In this document: in pieces, positions 1-10,014 of the stretch
Layout of the letters: each line of letters begins with the position of its first letter
Position numbering within the stretch: the first letter of the stretch is position 1
IMG/VR virus record: IMGVR_UViG_3300032236_001850
Span: 248,001 to 312,000 of that record
DNA length: 64,000 nt
Direction: 5' to 3' (one strand)
The notes under the pieces: model-generated
The model's database searches: none
Told to the model about the DNA's origin: nothing
The model's input: the letters and a program-made list of their open reading frames with translations, nothing else
Position numbers and translations under genes: made by a program

Positions 1-2
1 AA

Positions 3-293
3 GCAATGTGGATGATGTTACAGCAGGAAAAATCTGGAGATTATGTTTGTTCAACTGGCGTCTCGCATTCAGTGCAAGATCTTGTTGAGTATGTTTTTGG
101 AAAGCTTGGTCTAGATTGGAAACAATTCACTGAAACAGATCCCAAGTTTTTAAGACCAGAAGAACTGGAGGATCTTAAAGGTGATTCTACTAAACTTATA
201 AAAGAAACTGGATGGCAACCTAGATACACATTCGAATCAATGTTGGATGAAATGATAGAATATTGGTTAGATTATTATATGATTCCACAGTAA
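3..293 (+). CDS. gmd: GDP-mannose 4,6-dehydratase, C-terminal part (5' end outside window)
   Basis: AMWMMLQQEKSGDYVCSTGVSHSV...DPKFLRPEELEDLKGDSTK...GWQP matches the Gmd C-terminal pattern MWLMLQQ..P.DYV.ATGE.HSV...RP.EV..L.GD..K...LGW. Confidence 0.85.
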   Translation, partial: AMWMMLQQEKSGDYVCSTGVSHSVQDLVEYVFGKLGLDWKQFTETDPKFLRPEELEDLKGDSTKLIKETGWQPRYTFESMLDEMIEYWLDYYMIPQ

Positions 294-316
294 AGGTAAA
301 AATATCAGAAGCTAAC

Positions 317-350
317 AAAAACCATAACATATTACGTTATGGTTTTTTTT
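317..350 (+). terminator. Intrinsic terminator
   Basis: AAAAACCATAAC-atattac-GTTATGGTTTTT plus T-run after gmd. Confidence 0.75.
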
Positions 351-353
351 GTT

Positions 354-361
354 GATATATA
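354..361 (+). promoter_or_regulatory. Putative late promoter GATATATA
   Basis: Recurrent motif, about 25 nt upstream of ATG 386. Confidence 0.6.
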
Positions 362-385
362 CATTAAAAATTATACGTCATAAAT

Positions 386-1882
386 ATGAAAAGAGTATTA
401 GATTTTAGTGGATATAGCAAAATATTCGAAGCAGATACACCACCTGCACCTGCACCAGCGGGAGGAGCAACACCAGCTCCAACAACAGGAACAACACCTG
501 CACCAGCGGGAGGAGCAACACAAGCTCCAGCAACGGGAACAACACCTGCACCAGCGGGAGGAGCAACACCTGCACCAGCAGGCGATAAAAAAGAAGCTGC
601 TCCTGATAAAAAAGATGCCACTCCAGATAAAGCAAAATCATCCAATGCGCCAACAGCTGCCACATCAGTTGGGGATCAGCTATATAATGCTTTTATTGAC
701 ATATATTTCATATTAGTTTCAGGTATAGATGGGGGATATCCAGACGTGGTTGCTGATCTTCAAAGTGTTTCACAACAAACAGATGCAACTAAAAAAGGTG
801 ATGCAATGGCAGATGCTCTTAATAAGGTTTCGCAAAAATTAAATGCTGATTATAAATCACAAATAGGTGGAGATGTTAAAGGATTTAGCGACGATCTTAA
901 AAAAGCATACACTACACTTGTTACTTCTGACGAGGGTAAAAAATCATTGGATGGTATTAACAAGAGAATAGACGATTCGATTAATAAATATGTAACTGAA
1001 CTTGCTGCTGAGCTTAAAAAAGCAAAAGCACCTATTAAGGAATCATTCCAAGCTTGGAGAGAATCTGAACAATTAAACGAGGGATTATTTGATAAAAATC
1101 TATTTCCAGAAAGAAGACAAGAATTACTTAGCACCATAATAACTCCTAAAATGTCGCAATTTAAAACGATTGCTGACACCACGATGGATAGCGCTTACAA
1201 GCAAGCTGCTCAAACAGCATATGATGCAATGAGTAAGTTATCTGATGAATTATCCAAGGATGACACTTGGGACAAAATGAAGAGAAGAGAAAGAAAGGAT
1301 AGATTAGAAGCTATTCCTGGTGATGTTGATAAGATACAATCTGCAATGAATGATGCTACAACTAAATTTACTGCTCAACTTAAGATAGACAAGGATGTGA
1401 CTGATAGTCTTAAATCAGTTGATGATAAAGCTAAAGACATCAAATCAAAAGCAACGGAACTTGTTAATAAACAAGCTGCTGCTGAAGCTAAGAAAAAAGA
1501 AGAGGAAGAAAAGAAAAAAGGTGGTGATAAAAAAGAGGAAGATAAAAACGCTCCTAAAGAAATAAAATCGGGTAATATAGATAAAGATAATCTTAAGAAA
1601 ACTGGATCTAATTATCAAGCAATTAAAGACTTCCAAGGAAAACTTAATACAATTCTACCAGATAATCAGCAGATAAAAGCTGACGGTGGTTACGGTAAAA
1701 ATACAGAAGAAGCAATTAGAAGGGTTGCTAGACTTATAGGCGGTTCAACTGGTGAAGATCTAGTTAAGAGCACGGACGATGGTAAAAAACTAACACCAGA
1801 ATTCCAAACAATGGTTGCTAATTGGATAGATCCAAAGGTGCAGGCAAAAATGAAAGATCTAGTAAGCGGAAAGACATCATAA
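386..1882 (+). CDS. Putative internal virion protein with capsid-targeting-like N-terminus, Pro/Ala/Thr/Gly repeats, helical core and C-terminal peptidoglycan-binding-like domain
   Basis: N-terminus MKRVLDFSGYSKIFE|AD; C-terminal LKKTGSNYQAIKDFQGKLN...IKADGGYGKNTEEAIRR resembles PG_binding_1 (L..G......V..lQ..L.......DG.fG..T..A). Confidence 0.55.
   Translation: MKRVLDFSGYSKIFEADTPPAPAPAGGATPAPTTGTTPAPAGGATQAPATGTTPAPAGGATPAPAGDKKEAAPDKKDATPDKAKSSNAPTAATSVGDQLYNAFIDIYFILVSGIDGGYPDVVADLQSVSQQTDATKKGDAMADALNKVSQKLNADYKSQIGGDVKGFSDDLKKAYTTLVTSDEGKKSLDGINKRIDDSINKYVTELAAELKKAKAPIKESFQAWRESEQLNEGLFDKNLFPERRQELLSTIITPKMSQFKTIADTTMDSAYKQAAQTAYDAMSKLSDELSKDDTWDKMKRRERKDRLEAIPGDVDKIQSAMNDATTKFTAQLKIDKDVTDSLKSVDDKAKDIKSKATELVNKQAAAEAKKKEEEEKKKGGDKKEEDKNAPKEIKSGNIDKDNLKKTGSNYQAIKDFQGKLNTILPDNQQIKADGGYGKNTEEAIRRVARLIGGSTGEDLVKSTDDGKKLTPEFQTMVANWIDPKVQAKMKDLVSGKTS
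449..585 (+). repeat. Coding tandem repeat, about 48-bp period (PAPAGGATPAPTTGTT / PAPAGGATQAPATGTT / PAPAGGAT / PAPAG)
   Basis: cctgcaccagcgggaggagcaacac occurs three times. Confidence 0.9.
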
Positions 1883-2616
1883 TGGAAATTAAAAAATTCA
1901 GTGAATTTTCTGTTCTTCAAAGGGTATACGAAAAAAACGGAGACCCGGTTGAGCAGAACACACCAACAAAGACTGGCATAAAATATAGGGATAATATAAA
2001 TCTCCCAACCGAAGATACCGGAGACGACTCAGCGGGGCTATATACTATATTTCTAACACAAGCTTCATCTGTTATCAGTAGCATGTCAGATAATGTTGCA
2101 CCCATCAATCCAGATAAAGGGACTAAAGCAAGTAAAGACATAGCTGAATTAATAAAAAATCTGAAACCAACATATGAATCTCACAAGAATTTATGGAGTG
2201 AAATAGAAAAAATAAGTGACTATGTTGGCGGTGATTGGCAAAATATAAGCAAGGGGGAATTATCATCATTACATGCCTTTGATCCACAAGGAAATGTTTT
2301 GGGTACCTTTAAGCAGAATATGAAGAATCTTGATACTAGACTTAAATCAAAGGATATTACAGATTCACAATATGCAGACGAAGCTAAAAATCTTAGGATT
2401 GAAGCGAATAATAACCTGGATAGCTCAAGATCATTATACTATATGAAAATAGGTGAGGCTCTAGATTATTATATGCAGGCAACCAAGGTTTTTAAACAAG
2501 GAGCACTTTTATGCTTACAAAATATGGAATCTGAAGCAAAAGAAAATCCATCATCAGGAAAAAATTATCTGAATATTATAACGGAAAGTGCAAAAAACAT
2601 ACTAGGTCATAATTAA
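1882..2616 (+). CDS. Hypothetical protein, capsid-targeting-like N-terminus (start probably 1882, not 1822)
   Basis: TAATG stop-start overlap with upstream gene; MEIKKFSEFSVLQRVYE|KN. Confidence 0.65.
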   Translation: MEIKKFSEFSVLQRVYEKNGDPVEQNTPTKTGIKYRDNINLPTEDTGDDSAGLYTIFLTQASSVISSMSDNVAPINPDKGTKASKDIAELIKNLKPTYESHKNLWSEIEKISDYVGGDWQNISKGELSSLHAFDPQGNVLGTFKQNMKNLDTRLKSKDITDSQYADEAKNLRIEANNNLDSSRSLYYMKIGEALDYYMQATKVFKQGALLCLQNMESEAKENPSSGKNYLNIITESAKNILGHN

Positions 2617-3645
2617 ATGTCAAACATATCAAATAAAATAGTAAATGAAAGCTTTGGTTCTTGGCTTAATCAGGCAAGACAATGGGCAAGTGGTGTTGGT
2701 CAGGGTGCATTGAGTGGAACTGTATTTGACAAGGGAGACAAACAGGACTATAATGCACGAGTTCAGGATCAATTACAAAGAGCTGAAATATTACAAAGCG
2801 CAATTTTTGATGCAGGAAACACTATAGATAGTGTTCTTAATAGTCTAGAAGGCACAGATCTACAGAAAAAAGCAAAAAATGCTGCTTCTGATATGATATC
2901 ATTTCTACAGCAATCAATAAAAACTGTACAATCCATAATAAGCGAGGGAGGTCAGGGTGATATGACCAATAAATCTAGCTATGCAAATAATGGAGGATTG
3001 GATCCGGGTAGAAAAAAACAACTCGATGACGTTGCTGCAGGACTGGATAGAATCACTCAAAGAAGTGGGAGCAGCAAAGGCTATGAGAATAGTCCACTGG
3101 ATACATGGTGTAGAGAATTCTTAGGTAAACATAACGAGAACTTTGAATCCAACGAATATCTTTCAACGGGAAATTCACTTGTTGCTAAAGCACAATCCAT
3201 TATCAACGAAATAAGAAATGCAGCAGAGGTAGATAGAAAAATAGCAGAAAAAGACGTTGATAAGGTTATATCCAAAGGATTAAAACAGCTACAAAGATTT
3301 ATAGGTGGTAAAAGTGATACACAAGCAATATTAGTACCTAAACCAGGAAGTCAATTAGAGGAATTAATTAATAGGAATTCAAATAAGCCACAATCAGCAG
3401 CGGTACAGAAATTCAGAGAAGACCTAAGAAAACTCAACATTCAAACTTCAACCGAAGATGTTTGGTCAGAGAAGGACGATCCTTGTGCAGAAGAAGCTGC
3501 AACAGTCGTTAGTGCTATAACTAAGAAAAAATATGAACCTAAAGAAAAGGAGGGATTTAAAGAGTTACAGAGAGACGTTAAAACACTTGTGAAAAATCAA
3601 CCAAAGATAAAGGAGATATTAACACAAAAACCACCGAAAATTTAG
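2617..3645 (+). CDS. Hypothetical helical protein, possible internal virion protein
   Basis: Abuts previous stop; MSNISNKIVNE|SF resembles a prohead-protease site. Confidence 0.6.
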   Translation: MSNISNKIVNESFGSWLNQARQWASGVGQGALSGTVFDKGDKQDYNARVQDQLQRAEILQSAIFDAGNTIDSVLNSLEGTDLQKKAKNAASDMISFLQQSIKTVQSIISEGGQGDMTNKSSYANNGGLDPGRKKQLDDVAAGLDRITQRSGSSKGYENSPLDTWCREFLGKHNENFESNEYLSTGNSLVAKAQSIINEIRNAAEVDRKIAEKDVDKVISKGLKQLQRFIGGKSDTQAILVPKPGSQLEELINRNSNKPQSAAVQKFREDLRKLNIQTSTEDVWSEKDDPCAEEAATVVSAITKKKYEPKEKEGFKELQRDVKTLVKNQPKIKEILTQKPPKI

Positions 3646-3703
3646 GGTCCGTTAAAGTTTCGTTAAATAGTTAAAAAACCGAAACCAAAACGAAAAAACA
3701 CTG

Positions 3704-3850
3704 TAAGATAATTATCTTAATTTTCCCCCTGGTGAAGAATCTATTACTTATCTAATACATCTTAGAGCCCAAACTTTATTTTAAATAGATAAACATACCC
3801 CAATCTTAGACCCAGATTTTTAAATATAATAAAGATCCCCTAATCTTAAT
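3704..3850. repeat. 16-bp palindrome plus imperfect 40-44 bp tandem repeats in a non-coding gap
   Basis: TAAGATAATTATCTTA at 3704-3719; ATCTTA(G/A) units starting 3759, 3803 and 3843. Confidence 0.6.
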
Positions 3851-3918
3851 AATTCATTTAAAAAAGAAACAAAACACAAGATTTTCCATATTATAATAGA
3901 TAAAAATATTAATGTAAT

Positions 3919-5100
3919 ATGGCTAAAACAAACACAACAAAATCTTCATCCGGTTTTTCCTTTCTCAGCATGGACAAGGAGCTATCAAAAATATCCGGAT
4001 TTGAAACTGGATCAATCCTAGCAACAAATACTTTTAGTGAGGTTGACGAATGGATTCCAACAGGAAACTACCTATTAAATGCACAAATTTCTGGATCCCT
4101 ATTCGGCGGTGTACCAAACACTAGATCTTTTGGTGTTATGGGAGATCCTGGTACTGGTAAATCTTTCTTCTGTTTAAATGTGGTTAGGGAAGCACAAAAA
4201 ATTGGCTATGATGTTATCTATTGTGATACTGAAGGAGCCATTGATAAATCAGGAGCTGTTAAATTTGGTATAGATGTAAATAAGATTAGATACCAACCTA
4301 TACAAACTGTATCACAATTCCAGACTTTCGTTGCTAATGTTCTTGACATTGTCAAGAAAGCAAAAGCAAATGGTGATAATCCAAAAATCCTTATAGTTCT
4401 TGACTCCCTTGGTATGTTAAGTACTGATAAAGAATTGGCTGATGCAATGAAAGGTCATAACGCAGCAGATATGGGTGCTAAGGCTAAGGAACTTAGAAAG
4501 TTATTCAGAGTAATCACATTGGATCTTACTGCTGCTAAAATTCCGTTGATCTGTACCAATCACGTTTATGCTGGCGGTGGATATGTACCAACAAAAGAAA
4601 GCTCAGGTGGTGATGGACCTATCTTCGCTATGTCTGTTGTTGCTTTTCTTTCTAAAGCTCAATTGAAAGATGGATCTGGTACCAAAACTGGTATCGTTTG
4701 TACCTCGACATTAAAGAAAAGCAGATTCACTATACCTGAACAGATTAAATTCCATATATCATTCTCCCATGGTATGAATCCATATGTTGGGTTACAGGAT
4801 TATGTTACTTGGGAAGCATGCGGAATAGAAAGAGGTAAATTCGAGGAAGTTAAAAATGCTGATGGAAAGAAGGAATTGGTATTTAAACCAAGCGCATCTT
4901 CGACAAGATGGGGTGTTAGACATCTTGGTAAAACTGTTGCTTCCACTGAATTGTTTACTGATAAGGTTTTCACTATGGAAGTTCTTCAGCAACTTGATGT
5001 TAATGTAATAAAAGATAAGTTTAAATTTCCGGATCTTGCAGATCATTCAGAATTGCTTGACTCTATAGAGGATGAGGATTTAGAAGATGGAGAAGAATAA
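3919..5100 (+). CDS. uvsX: UvsX/RecA-like recombinase
   Basis: IPTGNYLLNAQISGSLFGG, Walker A GDPGTGKS, YCDTEGAID, IVLDSLGML, NHVY, SGGDG. Confidence 0.93.
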   Translation: MAKTNTTKSSSGFSFLSMDKELSKISGFETGSILATNTFSEVDEWIPTGNYLLNAQISGSLFGGVPNTRSFGVMGDPGTGKSFFCLNVVREAQKIGYDVIYCDTEGAIDKSGAVKFGIDVNKIRYQPIQTVSQFQTFVANVLDIVKKAKANGDNPKILIVLDSLGMLSTDKELADAMKGHNAADMGAKAKELRKLFRVITLDLTAAKIPLICTNHVYAGGGYVPTKESSGGDGPIFAMSVVAFLSKAQLKDGSGTKTGIVCTSTLKKSRFTIPEQIKFHISFSHGMNPYVGLQDYVTWEACGIERGKFEEVKNADGKKELVFKPSASSTRWGVRHLGKTVASTELFTDKVFTMEVLQQLDVNVIKDKFKFPDLADHSELLDSIEDEDLEDGEE

Positions 5101-5386
5101 AATAAAATTCAAATATATCATGGGTCTTTGGAAAACTCTTCCAAATTACCCAACAAAAGAGGATATAGTCTATGAGATTAGTCTATATCTTCTTAAGGAT
5201 AAAAGACCCAATGGTGAATTTTCTCCACAAACTTTTAATTCGATATTTGGTTCTAAATGGGAAAGTGGATCTCATGGGCTTGTAATCAAAAAAATGATTG
5301 AAGATGGTGATTTTATAGAAACAAAAAAAAGCACCGCAAGTAAGATATGGTATAAGATAAACAATAACCCTTATTATAAAAATTAA
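5087..5386 (+). CDS. Hypothetical protein
   Basis: 99-aa ORF overlapping uvsX stop, in operon with helicase. Confidence 0.65.
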   Translation: MEKNKIKFKYIMGLWKTLPNYPTKEDIVYEISLYLLKDKRPNGEFSPQTFNSIFGSKWESGSHGLVIKKMIEDGDFIETKKSTASKIWYKINNNPYYKN

Positions 5387-5388
5387 AA

Positions 5389-6687
5389 ATGGATTTAACA
5401 AACTCGGAAAATGTAATACTTAGGTATATTCTTCAAAATTCACCTTATCTCGACACGTGTAAACCCGACTTCTTCAAGAATGAATCTCTTGGTGTCATTT
5501 TTACCGGGGTCAAGGAGTTTTGGGACAGATACCATGAGATGCCCTCCGCTGAGCAGATGATAGAATCTTTTAAGATGAAAGGTGGGAATCTTGTGGATGC
5601 TTCCGAGATCAGATCAATCTATGCTATAGATCTTGCTAAGTACGAGGATGCTTGGTTAAAGGAAACAACCGAATTTTTTGTTGAGTATAAAAATCTAACA
5701 AAATCTGCTGTTGATGGATTAAAATATATTCAATCAACACCTGTTTCTTCTGAGAATATAAAAACTGTTATAGATACTTTCAAAAATATCATTGTTGAAA
5801 GAAACAGCATAAATTTTAGTTTTGATGAGGGACTAGATTTCTTCAATCCTGAAAACCATAAGCAGCTGACCCAAAATACCTTCTCTAGTGGATTTCCATT
5901 TATAGATACAGTTCTTGGTGGTGGATTTTCCGCTAAAGCTCTTTACGTTTTTATGGGTATGCCTAAGGTTGGAAAATCATTATGGCTGGGTAATATAGCA
6001 GCACAAGCGGTTAAGACTGGGCATAATGTTGCTGTTTTATCTTTAGAGATGAGTGATCGTAAATATGTTAAGAGAATGGGAGCTAATATACTTGGTGTTC
6101 CTGTATCTGAATATAATAAAATTGCTGACGATGAACAAGCAATGAAGAAAAAATTGGGATCGATGATGTATGACAATCTGAAGGTTCCTGGTCATTTAAC
6201 AATTAAGGAGTTTCCTACTTCACAAGCATCCGTTAATGACATTGAGAGATATTTGAAAAAAATGGAGGAAATTAAGGGTATCAAATTTAAGGTGATTGTG
6301 GTGGATTATATTAATATTATGAAGAACTGGAGGAATGCAAACTCCGAGAATACTTATATGAAGATCAAGCAAATTGCTGAGGATTTAAGAGGTATGGCCA
6401 TGCAAAACAATTGGTCAATCATTACCGCTACCCAAACTAAACAGGGTGATTTCGATGCTTCCGATTTAAGTATAAACTCGGCAGCTGAATCATCAGGTCT
6501 TGTTGCTACCGTTGACGGAATGTTCGGTATCATACAAGATCCAATTATGTATGCTAATAAGGAATATAAATTAAAAATTCTGGCAAACAGAGATGATGGC
6601 TATAAAAACGCCTACAAGGTATTTAGCGTTGATTACAGGTATATGAGAATTACCGAAGACGTGAATGTACCTATGCACGTAGAGTAA
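5389..6687 (+). CDS. gp41: Replicative DnaB-like helicase (T4 gp41-like)
   Basis: Walker A GMPKVGKS, SLEMS, IVVDYINIM, ITATQT, AESSGL..TVD. Confidence 0.92.
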   Translation: MDLTNSENVILRYILQNSPYLDTCKPDFFKNESLGVIFTGVKEFWDRYHEMPSAEQMIESFKMKGGNLVDASEIRSIYAIDLAKYEDAWLKETTEFFVEYKNLTKSAVDGLKYIQSTPVSSENIKTVIDTFKNIIVERNSINFSFDEGLDFFNPENHKQLTQNTFSSGFPFIDTVLGGGFSAKALYVFMGMPKVGKSLWLGNIAAQAVKTGHNVAVLSLEMSDRKYVKRMGANILGVPVSEYNKIADDEQAMKKKLGSMMYDNLKVPGHLTIKEFPTSQASVNDIERYLKKMEEIKGIKFKVIVVDYINIMKNWRNANSENTYMKIKQIAEDLRGMAMQNNWSIITATQTKQGDFDASDLSINSAAESSGLVATVDGMFGIIQDPIMYANKEYKLKILANRDDGYKNAYKVFSVDYRYMRITEDVNVPMHVE

Positions 6688-6703
6688 AAATAACCATTAA
6701 AAA

Positions 6704-7192
6704 ATGGAAGAAATCCAAGAAACCCCCGAGAATGAAAATGTAAATCCGGAGGTTGCAAAAAAACAGCTTGGTGATAAGATATTTGGAGCTCATAACAATC
6801 CAACAAAGGACAACGATTATAATGACAGTTTTGATATAGATCAGAGTCATAATATATTAAGCGAGTCCTATGATGAAGAGGAATATCTACATAGAAAAAA
6901 ATTAGAGGAATTGGTTTATGAAGCATTTCAAACTTCCAGATGGTTTCCTTTAAGTTACAAGAAGAAGATACCTAAGGATTTGGTACCTCATTTATTTCAA
7001 GAGATACTTGAAAAATTGGAGGATACTGAATTTTCATTTTCTGAAAAATTTGTTTCTATATGTGATTATGTTCAAATACCATACGCTAAAGCTTATGAAA
7101 TAACTCCTATCAAATATAAGGAGATTATTATAAACGAGCTGGAAGCAAAATACAGCATTTTAACAAAAAGAAAAATTAGAAAATTGTTTTAA
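6704..7192 (+). CDS. Hypothetical protein
   Basis: 162-aa ORF between helicase and gp47. Confidence 0.7.
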   Translation: MEEIQETPENENVNPEVAKKQLGDKIFGAHNNPTKDNDYNDSFDIDQSHNILSESYDEEEYLHRKKLEELVYEAFQTSRWFPLSYKKKIPKDLVPHLFQEILEKLEDTEFSFSEKFVSICDYVQIPYAKAYEITPIKYKEIIINELEAKYSILTKRKIRKLF

Positions 7193-7193
7193 T

Positions 7194-8312
7194 ATGAATG
7201 AGCCTATAAAATTAGTAAACGATAAAGCAAAAAGAGTTTGGTTTATAACGGATACTCATTTAGGTGTAAGAAACAATTCGAATGAATGGATAGACCAAAC
7301 AAGGGAATATTTCTTTGATTGGTTTTTTCCATTAGTTAGAAAAAATTATCAGCCGGGTGATATTCTTATTCATCTCGGCGATTTTTTTGATTCCAGACAA
7401 AGTATAAATTTAAAAGTGCTTAATCTTGGAATATCCATCGCCGAGGAAATGTCTTCCATATTCGTAGATGGTGTTTACGTGATAATTGGAAATCATGATA
7501 TTTTCGGTAAAAATACAAATGATGTTAACTCCCTTAAATCTATAAAATGGATTCCTGGAATAAATGTTTTAGAGGATCCCGTTACTCTTGAATTACCAGA
7601 TAAGAATTTCTTTTTAATGCCATGGAGGAGGGATCATAATGCAGAGATGGAAACACTCGATCTCATTAATCCGCATGATGTTCTTTGTTGTCATGCTGAT
7701 ATAAGAGGCTTGAAATTTAATAAATATGTTAATGTTGAATCAGGAGCAGATGTAACAAAATTTAGAAAATTCACAAAGGTGTATTCTGGTCATATCCATT
7801 ATGCTCAGAAGCATGAGAATATAACCATGCTTGGATCACCTTATGAACTGACCAGATCAGACATGGACAATCAAAAATCAATAACAGTTTTAAACATCAA
7901 GGATATGGTGGAAACTGTTTATGTTAATGATTTCTCTCCAAGGTTCAGAAAATTTTATTTCAGCGATATTTTGGAATCAACTCCTGAGGAACTTGAAATT
8001 AATTTCAGAAACAATTTTGTTGATATTATGATTGATCCTGTTATGGCTCTTAAAGCTCCTCTTAGCATGCTCACTGATATGGTGACCTCTCAGAGATTCC
8101 TAAAATTCCATCCGTATGATCCTGAAAAATCTACAAGTTTAACTGACCAGATTGTTGATTCTGATGGTGACACACAATTTAACGTTTTAGATTTCATTAA
8201 GACTTATGTTGAATCAATGGACTCCGACGAGGAGACAAAGAAAAAAATAATTGCTAGTTTATTTAAACTGCATACCATAGTAATAAACCAGGAACAAGAA
8301 AAGAAATTATAA
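7194..8312 (+). CDS. gp47: Recombination nuclease subunit, Mre11/SbcD-like (T4 gp47)
   Basis: Metallophosphoesterase motifs DTHLG, HLGDFFD, GNHD, GHIH, GSPY. Confidence 0.92.
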   Translation: MNEPIKLVNDKAKRVWFITDTHLGVRNNSNEWIDQTREYFFDWFFPLVRKNYQPGDILIHLGDFFDSRQSINLKVLNLGISIAEEMSSIFVDGVYVIIGNHDIFGKNTNDVNSLKSIKWIPGINVLEDPVTLELPDKNFFLMPWRRDHNAEMETLDLINPHDVLCCHADIRGLKFNKYVNVESGADVTKFRKFTKVYSGHIHYAQKHENITMLGSPYELTRSDMDNQKSITVLNIKDMVETVYVNDFSPRFRKFYFSDILESTPEELEINFRNNFVDIMIDPVMALKAPLSMLTDMVTSQRFLKFHPYDPEKSTSLTDQIVDSDGDTQFNVLDFIKTYVESMDSDEETKKKIIASLFKLHTIVINQEQEKKL

Positions 8313-9976
8313 TGAAAATACTGAAGATTGAATGGAGAAATTTCTCCTCTTATGGTAATAGATTACAAACTTTAGAATTTCCTAACGAGGCTTGTCTTTT
8401 TCAAATTGTTGGTGAAAATGGAGCAGGAAAAACTACAATATCTCAGGTAATAGCATTTGCTCTTTATGGAAAGGTAGAGGGTAAGAAACTTGGTGATATT
8501 CCTAATAGAATAAATGGACATGCATGGGTTAGGATAGAATTTGAAAATAATGGTAAAATAATATCAGTGGAGAGAGGTCTGGAGCCTTCTGTTTTCTCCC
8601 TTTCTATAAATGGTATACCCTATGATCAAGCAGGAAATAGTAATGTTCAATCTTATCTTGCCGACGATTTAATAGGTATTCCTTATTATGTTTTTAATAA
8701 TACAATATCCCTCTCAATAAATGATTTTAAATCTTTTGTGAAGATGTCACCTCAGGATAAAAGAGCCATTATAGATAAAATATTCGGGTTCAATATACTT
8801 AACCAAATGAGAGAATTATTAAAAGGAGAGATTAAAAAAATAAAGGAATCTTTGGACATTCTTTCAGGTAGCTTGGCTACTACTGAGTCAACCATTAATA
8901 AATCGACCGAGGAAATGGAATTATTAATAGAACAGATGGATGAGGATATAAAGAATGAAATGAGTTTGCTTTCTGAATCATTGGAGAAATTTCAGAATTT
9001 ACAAAAGCTTCATGCTGGTAAGATTACAGATTTCAAAGCAGAGGAATCAAAATTGGGTGATCTTATATACACATCAACAAAGGAACTTATAGAGATCAGA
9101 GGAAATATAGATACGTTAACAAATGGTCTAAAGTTATATGAGTCTGACATGTGTCCCACGTGCGAGAGCTCGCTCGAGGGGGAATTTCACAATCATAAGA
9201 AATCAATCATGGAATCTGATTTGGATTCATCAAAAAATAAATTGGATGAAGCTGAAGGTGTGATGGTTAAGCTAAGAGAGAAAGAATCAGAAATGATAAA
9301 AACCAAATCTGATCTTAGCGATAAAAATAATAAGATCCAGCAAAAAATAAGCGAAATCCTTAGAGATATAAAACTATTGAATGATAGAAAAAATGATGCA
9401 CAGGTAAAATCTCTAGAAAAAATTATAAAAAATCTGGAGGGCGAAAGAGATAGAATAAAAGAGGATGTTTTTAAATCTGCTGAAAAAAATGCTTGGATAA
9501 AAACTTTAGATGACATCTTAAGCGAGAAGGGTGTTAAGCAAATGGCTATAAAAACAATACTTCCCTCATTAAATTCCGAAATAATGGATCTACTAGAGGC
9601 TCTCCATCTGGATTATCAGGTTATTTTTGACGAAGAATTCAAAGCTTCCATTTATCAGATGGGTATAGAAATACCTGTCCAGACTCTAAGTACTGGTGAG
9701 ATGAAAAAGGTTGATTTCGTGGTTCTTATCGCCATAATGAAACTGATGAAATTAAAATTTAGTTCGATAAATCTTTTGTTTCTTGATGAATTATTCAGTT
9801 CTGTAGATCCTGATGGTGTAACATCAATACTTAGAATTCTACAAAAAAATTCTAGAGAGATGGGTCTTAATATATTCGTTATAAATCATGCTCCGATGCC
9901 ACATGAAATATTCGATTGGAAAATAGATATTAAAAAGACAAATAGTTTTTCTTCTATGACGATAGATCAATTTTAA
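8312..9976 (+). CDS. gp46: Recombination ATPase, Rad50/SbcC-like (T4 gp46)
   Basis: GENGAGKTT, coiled coil with zinc hook CPTC, LSTGE signature, LFLDE. Confidence 0.93.
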   Translation: MKILKIEWRNFSSYGNRLQTLEFPNEACLFQIVGENGAGKTTISQVIAFALYGKVEGKKLGDIPNRINGHAWVRIEFENNGKIISVERGLEPSVFSLSINGIPYDQAGNSNVQSYLADDLIGIPYYVFNNTISLSINDFKSFVKMSPQDKRAIIDKIFGFNILNQMRELLKGEIKKIKESLDILSGSLATTESTINKSTEEMELLIEQMDEDIKNEMSLLSESLEKFQNLQKLHAGKITDFKAEESKLGDLIYTSTKELIEIRGNIDTLTNGLKLYESDMCPTCESSLEGEFHNHKKSIMESDLDSSKNKLDEAEGVMVKLREKESEMIKTKSDLSDKNNKIQQKISEILRDIKLLNDRKNDAQVKSLEKIIKNLEGERDRIKEDVFKSAEKNAWIKTLDDILSEKGVKQMAIKTILPSLNSEIMDLLEALHLDYQVIFDEEFKASIYQMGIEIPVQTLSTGEMKKVDFVVLIAIMKLMKLKFSSINLLFLDELFSSVDPDGVTSILRILQKNSREMGLNIFVINHAPMPHEIFDWKIDIKKTNSFSSMTIDQF

Positions 9977-9991
9977 TAGGTTGATCTTTCG

Positions 9992-9999
9992 AATATATA
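9992..9999 (+). promoter_or_regulatory. Putative late promoter (AATATATA variant)
   Basis: Motif upstream of TTG 10015. Confidence 0.5.
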
Positions 10000-10014
10000 G
10001 AATAAAAAACTAAA

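Noticed and set aside
364-716. Overlapping ORFs 364..663 (-), 405..665 (-) and 408..716 (+, HQREEQH repeats)
   Set aside because: Alternative-frame readings of the 48-bp coding repeat in ORF 386
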